From Ylistrum balloti (lineage: Eukaryota), in contig NW_026782276.1 of NCBI RefSeq assembly GCF_031769215.1, positions 1 through 64,000 on the forward strand: a DNA stretch of 64,000 nt, written 5' to 3'. The notes under the pieces were generated by a model, which saw only the letters and a program-made list of their open reading frames with translations, made no database searches and had not been told where the DNA came from. Positions 22,832-36,287 of this stretch are shown here, piece after piece. How positions within the stretch are numbered: position 1 is the first letter of the stretch; each line of letters starts with the position of its first letter. Both the position numbers and the translations under genes were made by a program.

Positions 22832-24919
22832 CTAATTTTCATCCATACTTGATTTTGATGTATACTCCCCTTCGCCGTTCACAGTACACTCTGCTGACTT
22901 CATCAAACAATTGAACTTTTTCAGTCACATACAAAGTCTTTCACACTAAAATCGGAAAATGGACAATGTTTGAAAATGTATTTTTAATACTTTTATGATA
23001 ATAAAAGTGCACTATACATCGCCTTTCTGAAACATTACGCTCCAAACTTGTGACGAACTTCCGGTTATGGCGTCATCAAGATGGCCACCATAGTGAAATT
23101 TACCCAAAATGTGAAAAAAACACGTTTTATATGGGATCAGGATGCTTTCGGATACTTTCGGGAATTTTAAAGAGGCAGGACGAGACAATAATAGATTTAG
23201 GAGCTATTCGATTAGATTTTTAGAAAAAAGGTATACGGGTGTGATTACGTACAAGTCACGGCTAATTGCTTTCTTATATGTTTGCTTAGTTTGGTTTTCA
23301 GTTGTTTCTCAGTGTAGTGACATACTGAGTAGCTAAAGTAAGATATTCTAAAGTGACAATTCATTACATACCATGACTTTTCATATCCCCTCCCATGAAA
23401 ACATAGTAAATTATTTTCTCACAATATCGCCATCATCCGTGCACAACTCATATTTCAATACATTATAGATAGGGCTACTCTAACTACGTCATACTCACCT
23501 TCTTCCATATTTGATTTTGATGTATACTCCTTCAAAGTAAACGTAATCTTACCTGTAGTCTTTATTGTCAAAAATTTATATATATACTCGTCATGTTCTT
23601 CGCAATGCTAATAGTTCTGCCCGATGCCCACTATCTAGCATGTTGATCTCTTGTTGGTAAGCCTTATATCAGATACTAATAGTTCCAGTAGATTATACCC
23701 ACCTGGTGTGTTGTCTACGGAAGTTTGATATAACATCCAATGGCAATTGTCTTCTTCTTTATTACTGAAAACCCCAGAGTGCTTAAAATAGGTATGTGGT
23801 ATGCTTGTATGAATGCGTGATACGGTCAATGTATATCAGGCATGTTCAAATGTTGATCTTGACACAAGACAGTCAGACTTATACGTATAACTATATTGAA
23901 ATTGCTTAATTTGAACTAATTGCAGAATTCACGGTTTTACGAATTGCGCATGTGTCATGTATTTTGATATTTTATTAGTTGAAGATTGGTTGGTATTTAA
24001 ATTTAATTATTATCATCAATAGTGGCCTGTTTCTGAACGAACTGTACATGTAAGTACAAACGTGCAGCTACAGGTGTCTGAAAAGTCAATGCCGTTCGAA
24101 ATATTTCAGTTTTACAAATTTGGTATCGTTTAGTTACTTATGATTGCAATCACTTCAACTGTCAATTTATTTATTTGAGGACCCACTTGCATATTAAACT
24201 ATATATGACTAACTTTTTTCTTCAATTTTTAATTAACGTGCCATATTATTTTCTATTATACAACAACTTTTGTGCGTATTTTAAATTTGAGATAAATAAA
24301 ATAAACGATTGATTCGAGTGTGACTTGGGCGTGGTTGCCATCTTAGGTCATCCTTTTACTTGCGCTAGTTTTCAGCAGTTGTTATTTGCTTACTTACATA
24401 GATTATGTAACATACGCCTGTTGGTATATATTCTTAACGCTTGGGTTGTTGGGTATAATATTCAAAACATAGCTGTCCACTTGATAACGTGTCATTGCAA
24501 ATACAAGAAATACACATCAGACTCACGACCTGGGAGCATATAATAATTTAGTTATAAATAGAATCGATGTGTACATTATTGGTTGTTAAAGTGTCCTGTA
24601 TTTATTCCAATACTTGCAGACACGCTAGTATACACATGTACTCGCGCGCACACACATTAGTATAATCAATGGCTGTACTCGATTTGAATAAGAGTATCTA
24701 TAATACAATATACCAGTCGGTAAACAATTTTCAGGCATTTTACCTGTTAACAATGATAATTCCAGCGTAAATATATACTTATATAAACCTTTTAAAACAT
24801 GATTAATGATAGCCTCCGCTAATTCTATTGTCTGATAAAGGGATTAGTGAATAACACCAAGTTTAACCCAAAATTAATGTGTCCAAAATTCAAGCTAAAA
24901 TACCTGTAGCTGTGACCAT
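22832..24919 (-). CDS. Tentative six-micro-exon gene for a ~99-aa peptide. Exons 24919-24904, 24788-24744, 24479-24416, 23764-23703, 23552-23499, 22890-22832.
   Basis: Hand-built GT-AG chain with compatible phases (1,1,2,1,1) and no stop: MVTATGLYKYIFTLELSLLTVDSYVLNIIPNNPSVKNIYQQANKEEDNCHWMLYQTSVDNTPGKITFTLKEYTSKSNMEEECTVNGEGEYTSKSSMDEN. The exon-3 acceptor is weak. Confidence 0.33.
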
Positions 24920-25254
24920 TATAGACCTGTCTATCGAAAGAGAAATGCAACCATACATGCACACATATATATGGGAAGTAATATATTTACCTAGATCGCG
25001 AACGTCACATGTAAATAACTGTCAATGTGTGTTGAAAATCAATTTTCACATGATAAACTTCATTATGAATTAAAATAAAATCTCTAAATATTGGCATGAA
25101 CCAATCAGAAGAATTGAATGGCTGTTAGCGAAGTTATGTGTTTGTGCGTACTAGGCATGTCGTTAACCGTTAAGTATGATAAGTGTAAAGCGCATCCCTG
25201 GTAGCAATGCGGATGGGTTAAACGAACTGAACTCTTACCAAATGGGTTGAAAGT

Positions 25255-26620
25255 ACATCTTTCACACTAAAATCGGAAAATGAATAATGTTTAAAAATGT
25301 ATTTTTATATACTTTTATTAGAATAAAAGTGCACCATGCATTGCCTGTCTGAAACATTATACTGCATACATAACTGCAACATCGTATATACAGCTATTGA
25401 GGACAAACTGCGTCGCGCATGAACGGATTTCTCGCTCCAGGTGAACGATTTTTAATATTGATTAAACAATTTTTCCAATAAAACGGCTATTTTGTCAACT
25501 TCAATGTGGTCAAGAAAGCAATATCATGAAAAATAAATGTATGCCTCTGGTTATCAAATATAATAACATTTTGATATAACTTTGACAAACCTGAATTTAA
25601 AATTTGTTGTCACTTTTAGGTGAAAATGGCACATGATTTCATAATGATGGCTTATGGCTGTACAGGTAAACACGGCACCAATATATGTGTATCGATGAGT
25701 CAATAAGACGAATTGTTGTTTATATAAAGAATATAATCATAATGTTTCCTGAACAAAGCACATTTGATATCTTCAAAATAAAGAATTTCATATGTAATTA
25801 ACGAAATGTACATATATATTGCAATTTCAAAGGCATATGTACAGTTTACGACTGACATTTGTAACTATTGATGTGAATATATGCTGACCGATTCACTTCA
25901 GTAAAGAAAATAATAATGAATCATGTGAGCATTGTAACGAGAAGTGTACAATGTATATACTATGTTGACATTGATACTTACATGTACAATGTATATACTA
26001 TGTTGACGTTGATACTTACATGTACAATGTATATACTATGTTGACGTTGATACTTACATGTACAATGTATATACTATGTTGACGTTGATACTTACATGTA
26101 CAATGTATATACTATGTTGACAATGCTTACATGTACAATGTATATACTATGTTGACATTGATACTTATACAATGTATATACTATGTTTACATGTACAATG
26201 TATATACTATGTTGACGTTGATACTTACATGTACAATGTATATACTATGTTGACGTTGATACTTACATGTACAAGCATTGTAACGAGAAGTGTACAATGT
26301 ATATATTATGTTGACATTGAAACTTACATGTACAAGCATTGATTATAACAGGCATTCATTTTGATTTCATTTGATATGGGTTCAGAATGCTTTCAGATAC
26401 TTTCGGGAATTTTAAAGAGGAAGGACGAGACAATAACAGATATAAGAGTTATTAGATTAGAAATTTTGTTACTTATGATTGCCATCACTTCAACTGTCTA
26501 GATATTTATTTGAAGATCCACGTGCGTATTAAACTACATGTTTATATGACTAATTTTTTTTTTCAATTCTTAATTAACATACCATATTATTTTCTAACAT
26601 ACAACAACTTTTTTCGGTCT
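25255..26620 (+). repeat. Interrupted direct duplicate of ~22930-24290
   Basis: Shared blocks 'tttcacactaaaatcggaaaatg', 'gatactttcgggaattttaaagagg' and 'gttacttatgattgc..cacttcaactgtc' occur in the same order. Confidence 0.75.
25944..26335. repeat. 38-bp minisatellite, about 9-10 units
   Basis: Unit TGTACAATGTATATACTATGTTGACGTTGATACTTACA. Confidence 0.92.
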
Positions 26621-29600
26621 TTGGAATTTCACAAATCTGTTCTGTGGCATGTATTATATGAATAATGTAAGAGATATGATTTCTAGTTTACATGTACAAT
26701 TCACATTTGTTAAAGATTGTCTATTCATTCGTTGTGTTACAGGTAGGAAAATAGTATTCAAAGATCTCGTTATTATTTTACAGATATCTAGAGCATCGTA
26801 AAAACCACATTTAGTCCAACACCTCACTTCCTGTTTTACAGACTATTCAAGAGATATTGATTCGATTCACTGAAACTATCCTACCACACAGATATGCAAA
26901 TAAACTGTTTCAAGATATACCATTTACTTATCATCTAGACGTACCTAAATGGTAAACATCAATTTATGCGTGTGTGATGCATATGTACATCACGACTTTG
27001 TTCTGACTTTCACATTGGTTAAGAGTCAGCATTATTAAAGAGTGTGTAAAAACGGACTAAGATATGTCAAGTGCGTGGTTTAAGTGTTGATTCAATCATA
27101 CTCACGAGATCGTAATTTCAGCTAACAAGATTAATGGTGTAATGAGCGTATGCCGAGTAGACAGTTATCCTGTTGATGAATGCATGTGATCGGTCAGCTC
27201 TGTTGATGGAGGTCACTACACTATGACGACAGTCGTTAAGTAATCACCACGGGTGTTTGTGGCACATGTAAACAGACCGATGAACGTATTCAAGGTAACA
27301 ATTTCCTTTTATCTGTCTGTGTCTCGTATTACAATACATATCAAATATACAAAAATGCTTTCATTGTACGAGTGTCACAAATTATGCAACTACCCCAAAT
27401 AAGGACATTTGTATACAAAAATGCAAGGAAATGTAGGTCGAGGGGATAATTTAAACAGTTTTGAAATTTCAAAAATAACCACGAAAGTCGCATTAAAATA
27501 CCTTCCTTTTGATTTAGTAACGTAATAATAGCTAAATGGTAATTGTAAAATACAGCTCCTGCCTTAAAATTATAACATGAGCTTGACTTGAGGTTTTGAT
27601 ATATTCATTCATATGCTCAACATAAAGATGTGGACAAGACAAAATTTTCATCAGTGCAGATACAATATATTTTCCCTCGTATTTTTGGAATAGTTCACTG
27701 AATTATAGGGCTAGTACACCACCCTTCTTCTTCCTCTCACACTAATCTAGATTTTGACATTTCTTTCGATCCTTTTGGGGGTTTCTGCAGTCGCCTCTTA
27801 CGATTAAATTTATCCCTTTAAGTTCCTCCCGAATGCGAGAGGGGTTGGTCCAATTGGGGAACTGTAAGTCTTAAATTATCCAGGTTTGGTCTGCAGCATT
27901 TAAATATAAATAGTGAATCTGACCTCTTTTTGACCACAAGGGAAATTGTATCAGAAATTGTTTGTCATATTTGAAATTCTTTATTAAATTTCTGAATAGC
28001 TTAGACAGGTGAACGATGCAGGCCCCTTCGACCTCTTGTCCTAATATGAGAGCGCCTCAGTAGCAATAGTTTACAAATTTTAATCATTTTTGATTTTTCT
28101 CATTTGTCTCGTCGTTTATAAAACTTTGGTCTTTCACATTACTGGTAAATGCTGAAGAGAGAAGGAACAAGATCAAACGTAGACTGAAGCGTCATTACGT
28201 TATCTGATTATCATTTTGTATTGACAAAGTGTTACCTGAGCCATCATGACCCGAGTTCTGACAACCGGAGCGGGACATCAACATGCACGATGTGTACCGC
28301 GATAGGATTGGTATAAATTAATCCTCTCAATTGGTATGATTGATATTATGTACAGTTTTCAGCACTGATGAAACGACACCAAACGAATCCATTACACCAA
28401 TGATGTGAGTAGGTATATAGACATGGTGAAGATACGTTTTCATGTAGAGAAAACTAATTAAGTGTCTTATGTACATGAGTTACGAAATATGTCTTTTTAT
28501 TAGGTTGACATTGATTTGATGTTGTTTTAAACGATAATTTCGTTACCATGGCCATCCAACACCCCAGTGCATCAATTATATAACTTCTAAACAGTTTTAG
28601 ACAAATTGACCCTGATCCGAGGTAGCAGCTCGCCGTCGACATCACCTGAAATGCACAGACGTCTTCTCGAAAGAAATAACATATTATTTACACGTATCCG
28701 TGTTATTCTAAAGCAATCTTTTCATTCAATAGAAATTATTCTATTAGGGCTTTTCACCATCTTTTTAAACAACTATTTATTTTTTGTATTTGTTATGTTA
28801 ATTAACATAAATGATCAGTCATATGATATAACGTCGGAATCTTTTTAAAGGAAGAGAAAATCGTCATGTATGGAAATATACGTTCTTGTTCACATATAGC
28901 CATGTGATTCAAACATTTAAAAAAAAAATTTCTGCTGATTCAGTGTCCTCGAAATGACTGAATTCATTCTATTCGTGTTATGTAATACAGCACCTGGCTA
29001 TTATATAGCGCCTCTTGGTGTCGCTTCGTACGGTCACATACTTGGAAATCACTCACTATACATGCTTTCGTTCCAAAGAGACAGGGTATTGACTTCGTGT
29101 AAATTTTTATTACTGCGGATCAGTGTATTCAAAACAAACTATTATCTAGCATCTCCATTTCCTCTCCAGTTCCCTAGGGGACGAATCAACTTCCCCATTA
29201 AAAGAAATGGTTGCCTTCATCCAATTACGCATCAGACCAAACTAAGTTGAAATCCATGATGACATGACGGAGAAGTAGCATTTTATAGTAAAATATTGTC
29301 TAACATCCCCTTTCTGTGGCCTCATGTTACGTGATAACCATGAAAGGCGATCGCTGTATCAGTGTTGTCACTGAACGGCTCGGAAGAAATCCATTGAAAT
29401 TGTAAAATATTGCAGAAAAGACACATAATACATGAAAAAAACCTTTCATTTATGTTTCCATTCTGATGGTGGCCCGGTGCAGAATGTACAAATAAACTAG
29501 ACGAAAATATTATTTCATTTGATACATTGTTTATATCTTCTGCATCTGACTTTAAATTTTTGTTAAACGGCGCCATTCACTTGTGTATTTGTACCATCTC

Positions 29601-30789
29601 TTTTCTTAGGTACTTGGTTTTTAAACCTCATAGGTCATACATCTATAAGTTGAACAAATGAAAGATATACCATATACTGGCTGAAAAGTTACATACACTT
29701 GTAATTTACAGTGTTTCGTTTACAATGTGACCAACCTTTGTGTACGGATACTCATTATATATACATTATATATTTAAACATTAAACGGATATCTCCTTTT
29801 TTTTGTCTCGGTATCGACACATCTAAAGTTTCGTACCCTTAAATAGGAAAGTTTATTTTCATCCCTTCTGTTTTTTCCGTTTAATTATTTTCAATTCGTA
29901 ACAGTCGTTAAACATATTTACCAGCCAAACAGTGCGATATGATCGCAAAGTTGCGCGGTAGATTTAACCAAACTTGAAATTTATACAATTTATAGAGGTA
30001 AATATCTGCTACAAAGTTACGATCGGAATGATCATCAATGCACGTGATCATTTAATGTTTACGTCAAGTACAGACAGTTAACAACAGCGCACTATTAGGA
30101 TTTGCGATAACAAGAATTTACTGTTTAAAAAGTGACCGTGTTGTATTTATAATATAAATATAATATAAATGAACCGGTGGCTTTACAGTTATTCAATAAA
30201 ATACAACAAACAAGCAATAAGCTATAATAAAAAGATATACAAATTATATCGTTTGTTTGTTAATTGAATATGATTTTGTAAAGAAAAAACACGAGACTGT
30301 AAGCAATGCGTTTCTGTTCTCTTCGGCTTCTGCAGGCGGATGTTTATGTGTTGCAACTGGGTACGTAACATCATCAGTAAACATTAAAACATAACACGTC
30401 ATCTGTCAATATAAGAATGGAATTTGTTAACACTATTCATTCACCATATTGTGATAATGATAATGTGATTGAACTAGATTTCAGAAATTTGATAAACGAT
30501 CTTTTTTCATTTTTAAAATTGTAATCATGATATCTGTATTTAAATTTAAAAAAGAAAGATAAGAAATTCATCTTTTAGACACTGATGCACGTGTTTGTAA
30601 ACTCTGAATAATCTTTTTTGGCATTTTATGTACATTCATACATAATCGTAATTCATAATATGTTTGTCCCACATAAAATCACTATATTGTTTACCTACTA
30701 AATCATACCATATATGTTTAAAAATACGTTATATCTGACCTAATTCCTATATTTAAAAAGGCAGTAATTTCTACATTCTATTATGATCT

Positions 30790-31440
30790 TACAACTTGGT
30801 GTAATACATTTACAACATTCATGGCTTCAATATCGAATTGATATCACACCTTAGTTTAATACATTTACAACATTCGTGTCTCAATATCGAATTAATACAC
30901 CGTACATTGATGTAATACATTTACAACATTCGTGTCTCAATATCGAATTAATACCGTACATTGATGTAATACATTTACAACATTCGTGTCTCAATATCGA
31001 ATTAATACCGCACATTGATGTAATACATTTACAACATTCGTGTCTCAATATCGAATTAATACCGTACATTGATGTAATACATTTACAACATTCGTGTCTC
31101 AATATCGAATTAATACCGCACATTGATGTAATACATTTACAACATTCGTGTCTCAATATCGAATTAATACTGTACATTGATGTAATACATTTACAACGTT
31201 CGTGTCTCAATATCGAATTAATACCGTACATTGATGTAATACATTAACAACATTCGTGCCTCAATATCGAATTAATACCGTACATTGTTGTAATACATTT
31301 ACAGCATTTGTGCCCTAAATATCGAATTAATACCACACATTGGCGTGATACATTTACAGCATTCGTGCCCTAAATATCGAATTAATACCACACATTGGCG
31401 TGATACATTTACAGTATTCGTGATCTCGATATCGAATTTA
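30790..31440. repeat. 54-bp minisatellite, about 12 units
   Basis: Unit AATATCGAATTAATACCGTACATTGATGTAATACATTTACAACATTCGTGTCTC. Central units are near-identical and edge units are diverged. Confidence 0.95.
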
Positions 31441-32469
31441 GACTTACAGTTTACATTTCTATTTCTTTTCCATTTCCAAAAAAAACCCTCAGTTTTTCAC
31501 TGAATTTTTATGTGTAGTTTTCACATTTGAGGAAAAGCGATGAGGTACACTTATCTAAATTGTAAAACGTAAAAATAGTAAGATATTTCTGTCTTCGTTT
31601 TGAGAGCTTTAGGAGGTCTACCTAATTCGAATTTTCGTTTTTGTTATCGCATATAATGTATTACCCTTGTAGTATATTGTGAATTCCTCAAATAGAGTTA
31701 CAATTCCAGCATTTATGTCTTAGATTACTTTGTATTTTCATATCAGTTTCCGATCTTTTTCAGTTTTAAAAGAATACCAGATTGATACCTATCAAGAAAC
31801 CCCCGTCTAATTGTATTAGGCAACTCATAACAAGAATTAGGTCAAGTCTACAAAACTCTTACCAAATTTATGGTGAGAGAAAAGAAAAATATGAACTTAA
31901 GGAGTTGTTAGACAGGGGCAACATATAAAATAAACCAAGGTGTTTAAAACATGACAAGGAGTTTAGATATATTCGCTACAACAGATGTACAACGGCTTTA
32001 CATATTTCAAAACACCATGATAAACATATTGTTTCAGAGTTAAATTTGTAACTTGATAACATGTTATATATAGATCTGGCTTTGTAGTTGCTTAATCTTA
32101 ATGCTCAACAAAATTTAAGCATCGATGACATAATCGGGAGATCCACAGTAAAACATTATATATTATTTACAAAAAATGATAAAAAAATAAAAAAAACTAA
32201 TATGCACTTGTTTCTAAAAAACGGTAACAATGTGAGAGTTCCCAACTCAAACGATTCGATCTGTGTGTCATTTTGTTAATAGTGACCAGTGACAGAGACC
32301 TAACCAAGAAATATGTTGCATTTACATCAACACCGGATGACACTCCAGAGGAATTACATGGACACTCATGCTCTCTGTCATTTGTAACAAAATACGCATT
32401 TTTAAGTTCGATATCTGACAATTCCTTTTTCAAACAATGATAGAAAGCAAAGAGTTTCTGAAATTTCTT

Positions 32470-35400
32470 CTAACACAAACCGAACGATGTAGAAGACAGA
32501 GCATATATTTTGTTGATATCAAGATGTATCGGATCATGTCTGAATACCATCAACAGAGGCATTCCCTGTCCCATCATTCCATACCTCGCTGCTAATTTGG
32601 TTGCTGCGTTATTTTCTAATGGACTCGTGAAACCAACAACGCAACCCTTTGGAACTTCACTTGCAATTTTTAAAAATACTTCGTTAGCCACATACTCATT
32701 GTCCGCATAAAGTGGAGCGATTTGGAGACATGTGTCCTGGAACCTCAGAACTGCATATCCACAAAGTTTGCCATCTTTTACCGCGACATAGGTCTTTAAT
32801 TGGGGATTAGAAATCCAATTAATGATGTAAGCTTTCCGTGGAATTTTGTGAATCTGAGTGTCATACTGTATCACGGCTGATAATGTGGAGTGTTTTAAGG
32901 GATGGATGAGAACTTGTTCTTCGTGTTTATGCCTGGGATTTAGATCGACATGTTGTTCAATTCGCCCGCTATTGTACCAGGTGGTGTATGCTTGCGTCGT
33001 GTTACTTTTCGTAATCATGTTAACCTTTTCCTGCATGTGTGGCCAGATAAATCCAGCATAATTTCTGTCCGGAAATCGATTTATTGTCTTTGCAAGCTTA
33101 TATCCAACACTTGAAGATCTGTAATCTTTGTGGACAATCCATAACCCTGATACATAGAGATTATCCGTGAAGGACAATGATGAATAACATCCTGAAAACA
33201 ACACAAGTGATTGTAGCAAAGATATTGAATATTCTTTACAGATTTTATACACAAAGGAATGCTAAGCAATGTCAAAAATTTGTTTTTTTCAGACGCAGGT
33301 GTTAACATACATACCCCCAAATAAAGAATATCTATCCCTTTTTTCAATTAACATAAAAAACAGGACTATGTTGTTTCCGCTGAAGTCAGAAGGACGACGG
33401 TATTTCAAAGTTTTGTTTTTCTTTCATAGTAAAAAATAAAGAAGAAAATTTACAAAATAGTGAAAAATGATAGAAACGATCCGATACTGTATTTAGAAAT
33501 CGCTTAGAAAACGTCAACAATCAACAAAAGACAACACCAGAAATTAGTTTTTTATATCAAGTGGTGTCACGTGATATGCGCAATTGATGTTCCGAATGTC
33601 TCAGATAACTCTATATGTGGTTACCTGTTGCTAAATATCACTGTTGTTATATATCATATATTTGAAATGCAAATCTTTTTCATTAATATTTTTTTAAAAT
33701 CATCAATATTTACCAAAACAATTGTTTGCAGATAGCAGCTGTGAAATGTATTTCTGGGCCTAGGAGACATGTGATTTAGCCATCAAGTTAATAAGGGTGT
33801 AATGCCCTGAATAGATCGGCTTAGCAGGGAGAAAAACGCGAGAAATATATATTGCGCTCCACTTATGTTTTATTTTTGTTACATTGCTTATCACTTTTTC
33901 CAATCTTTGAGATAGCAAGAGGTAGACACTGCTTGTGGACTGTTTGCAGTTCCCGAGCTTTTTGCGTAAGCTTCATGCAACGTTTCAATTTATTAGAAAA
34001 GTGGCACAGTATAGGTTATACATATGTACTCTATAATTATCTGAAAACTCTTCCAGAAAGAGATATGGTAAGACAACTATCACCATTTTAGGCGCATTTT
34101 CTATCTAGAAAATCCAAAAGAGGATTGGAGTAAGTCAATTGACTTATTTGGATTGAGTTAGATTTACATATCGCTTTCTCCTTCGGAACACTTGGTCTTA
34201 TTCTCATTGTACGTTTTCAGTAGTTTCCGTGTAATCTTTCTTTAGTCTATATTTTCCTCACTTTTATTTGAATTTGAACTTAGATTATGATTATGTTGTC
34301 TTGTATCAGGAGACTTTCATTTTCTCTTCAATTTTTTATCTGTATTCACTGATTAAATCTGTGATATATTAACAATGCATTTAAGTACAAAAGAAACAGA
34401 TTTCATGAAACAACTCTTGGGGTAAAGCTTGAAATCTACTGACATTTATATTCCAATGTGCAGATGAGAGATTGCACAACGTTACACGATGCGATGTATA
34501 TATATTTAGGTTGGTCACTTGTAGATCTATCGGATCCACACTGTTTAGTTACACATGAATAGCCTTAGTGTACGGTAATCATTAAATGGTCTTCTCTTCA
34601 TGTCACATTAATGAATCATAGAAAATATCAAACCGTCAGAGAAAAACCTTTATTTTCATTACCTCTGTATTACTTTCATTTTTCATATATTTTGTCAACA
34701 AAAAATATATGCTGAGGTAAAATTGAAGTGTTGTGTTTTTACACGGGCGACCCAGTCGGTAGAGTGTTGGGACCTGTCACGTATATACCCGTATAGGTAA
34801 ACTTTTTGTTGCCCGAGACACCACTACTCGCCTCTTTCGACTGTGTGAAACTATATACGATAAGACTTATTAATGCAGGTCCAGTGTTACTTCAAAAAGG
34901 CAGAACTAAAATTATTTTATAACCACTGATCAGTTTCCATATTCATGTGATCGCTATTTAGTAATAACTTCACGAATTTTCGTTTCAAGTTTTAATTCGT
35001 AAAATTAGCCAACTGTTTTTACCAAACCGCGCGAAATGTGCGATGCTATCGCACAGTTGTGCGCATGATACTCCATAGCGCGAGTGTGCGCACGATGTAT
35101 GCAAGAAGGTTTTGTTGCGTTACGTGTTACCACAACTGTATCGATGATGAACCACGAATGTGTAAAATTTAGTGTAGATTGACTTTTTTATTTATGTATT
35201 ATTTATTTTGTTTCATTTTTGGGGTTCCCGATTATGTGGGACGCAAACATTATACTAATGATATAGAATACGTTTGCTCATTAGATAAAGAAGAGTACAT
35301 CAATCCAAAAATGATAAACCATTCGATAAGACATTTGTACACAATGTTACTGACAGTTACCGTTAACCTCAAACAGGGAGAATGCTGAGGTTCCGTCCTT

Positions 35401-36287
35401 TGGACGACTTACAGCAGAAATAAGAAATGATAATTTAAACAAAATTGATATCAAATTAGAGAAAATAAGGCCCTGGTGTAGTACACACAAACATGTGATT
35501 ATCTAACTTTAAAAGACGTCAATTTCAATGTCTCCACTAGGATACGAACACGTGACACTTGATTTACTTGTCTAAATCTATAAATAGTATCTTTCTAACC
35601 GAGTGGCATTTTCCGGTTAGTATTTTACCAATGCTACATATTCCTCCTGTAGGAAGTAACTCGTCTTGGAGGCAGGGTTACAGCGATGTTAGTGAAAATA
35701 ACGCTGTGTATATCATTCATTCTAGAGGTCATTATTACAACGGCGTCGCTAGGATTCGAACCCGGAACATCTGGTATTTAAGTCTGACGCTCAAAAGATC
35801 AAGTTGAAGGTCTCTCTAACCAAGCGGTAAGTACAATTTTACAAAAGTTACAATTACTTGTAAACTTTGTGTTTGTCATATTTGTAAAGTCATCAGAATA
35901 AATTCAAACTTACCAATGATTTCTCTGTCTACCGTCTCAGCCACAACGAAATCCCGTGGATTAGTTTTAAATGCGCAGTCTAAGTATGCTTTCTCCATAA
36001 TCCACTTTTCCTCATCAAGTAGTTGATTAACTTTCGTTAAATCTCGCTTGTTCATTGAACGAATCCTGAAGTGGACATTTGATAAAGCGCGTGTCCTGTA
36101 ATAATGAAAAAAACCCGTTGCAAACATAATATCATTCATATCCCAATAAATGCGATGGAATAGTTGATATAAATAGATAAAATGATTGCATATGTTTGTG
36201 TAACAAAGCAACTTACTGCCTAACGATTCTTCGTATTGTCTCTGCAGATGCAATGGTCAGGATTTGCTGGTTTAATATCGGTATCAT
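32470..36287 (-). CDS. GNAT copy A, a YitH/holothin-acyltransferase-like two-domain N-acyltransferase of 324 aa. Exons 36287-36217, 36095-35914, 33191-32470.
   Basis: Intact spliced ORF (71+182+722 nt). FRIRSM..DL..V..L..EKW, FVVAE...EIIG, GLWIV..YRSSSVG, YDxxxH..PR..YI..W, GYAVLR, IAPLYAD, NxxA..LA..YG. Confidence 0.85.
35480..35830 (-). mobile_element. Dimeric tRNA-derived SINE-like element in GNAT-A intron 2; related copies at ~38870-39160 (+) and ~47280-47620 (+)
   Basis: Two 'GTTCG(A/T)ATCCTAG' B-box units about 200 bp apart in each copy. Confidence 0.55.

Noticed and set aside
30876-31247. Two long overlapping ORFs with 18-aa Cys/His-rich repeats
   Set aside because: They arise from a stop-free 54-bp minisatellite. 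There is no splice or start context, and the mirror array is not open.
25944-31440. CRISPR-like appearance of the 38-bp and 54-bp arrays
   Set aside because: Units are head-to-tail with no unique spacers, there are no cas genes, and the context is eukaryotic.
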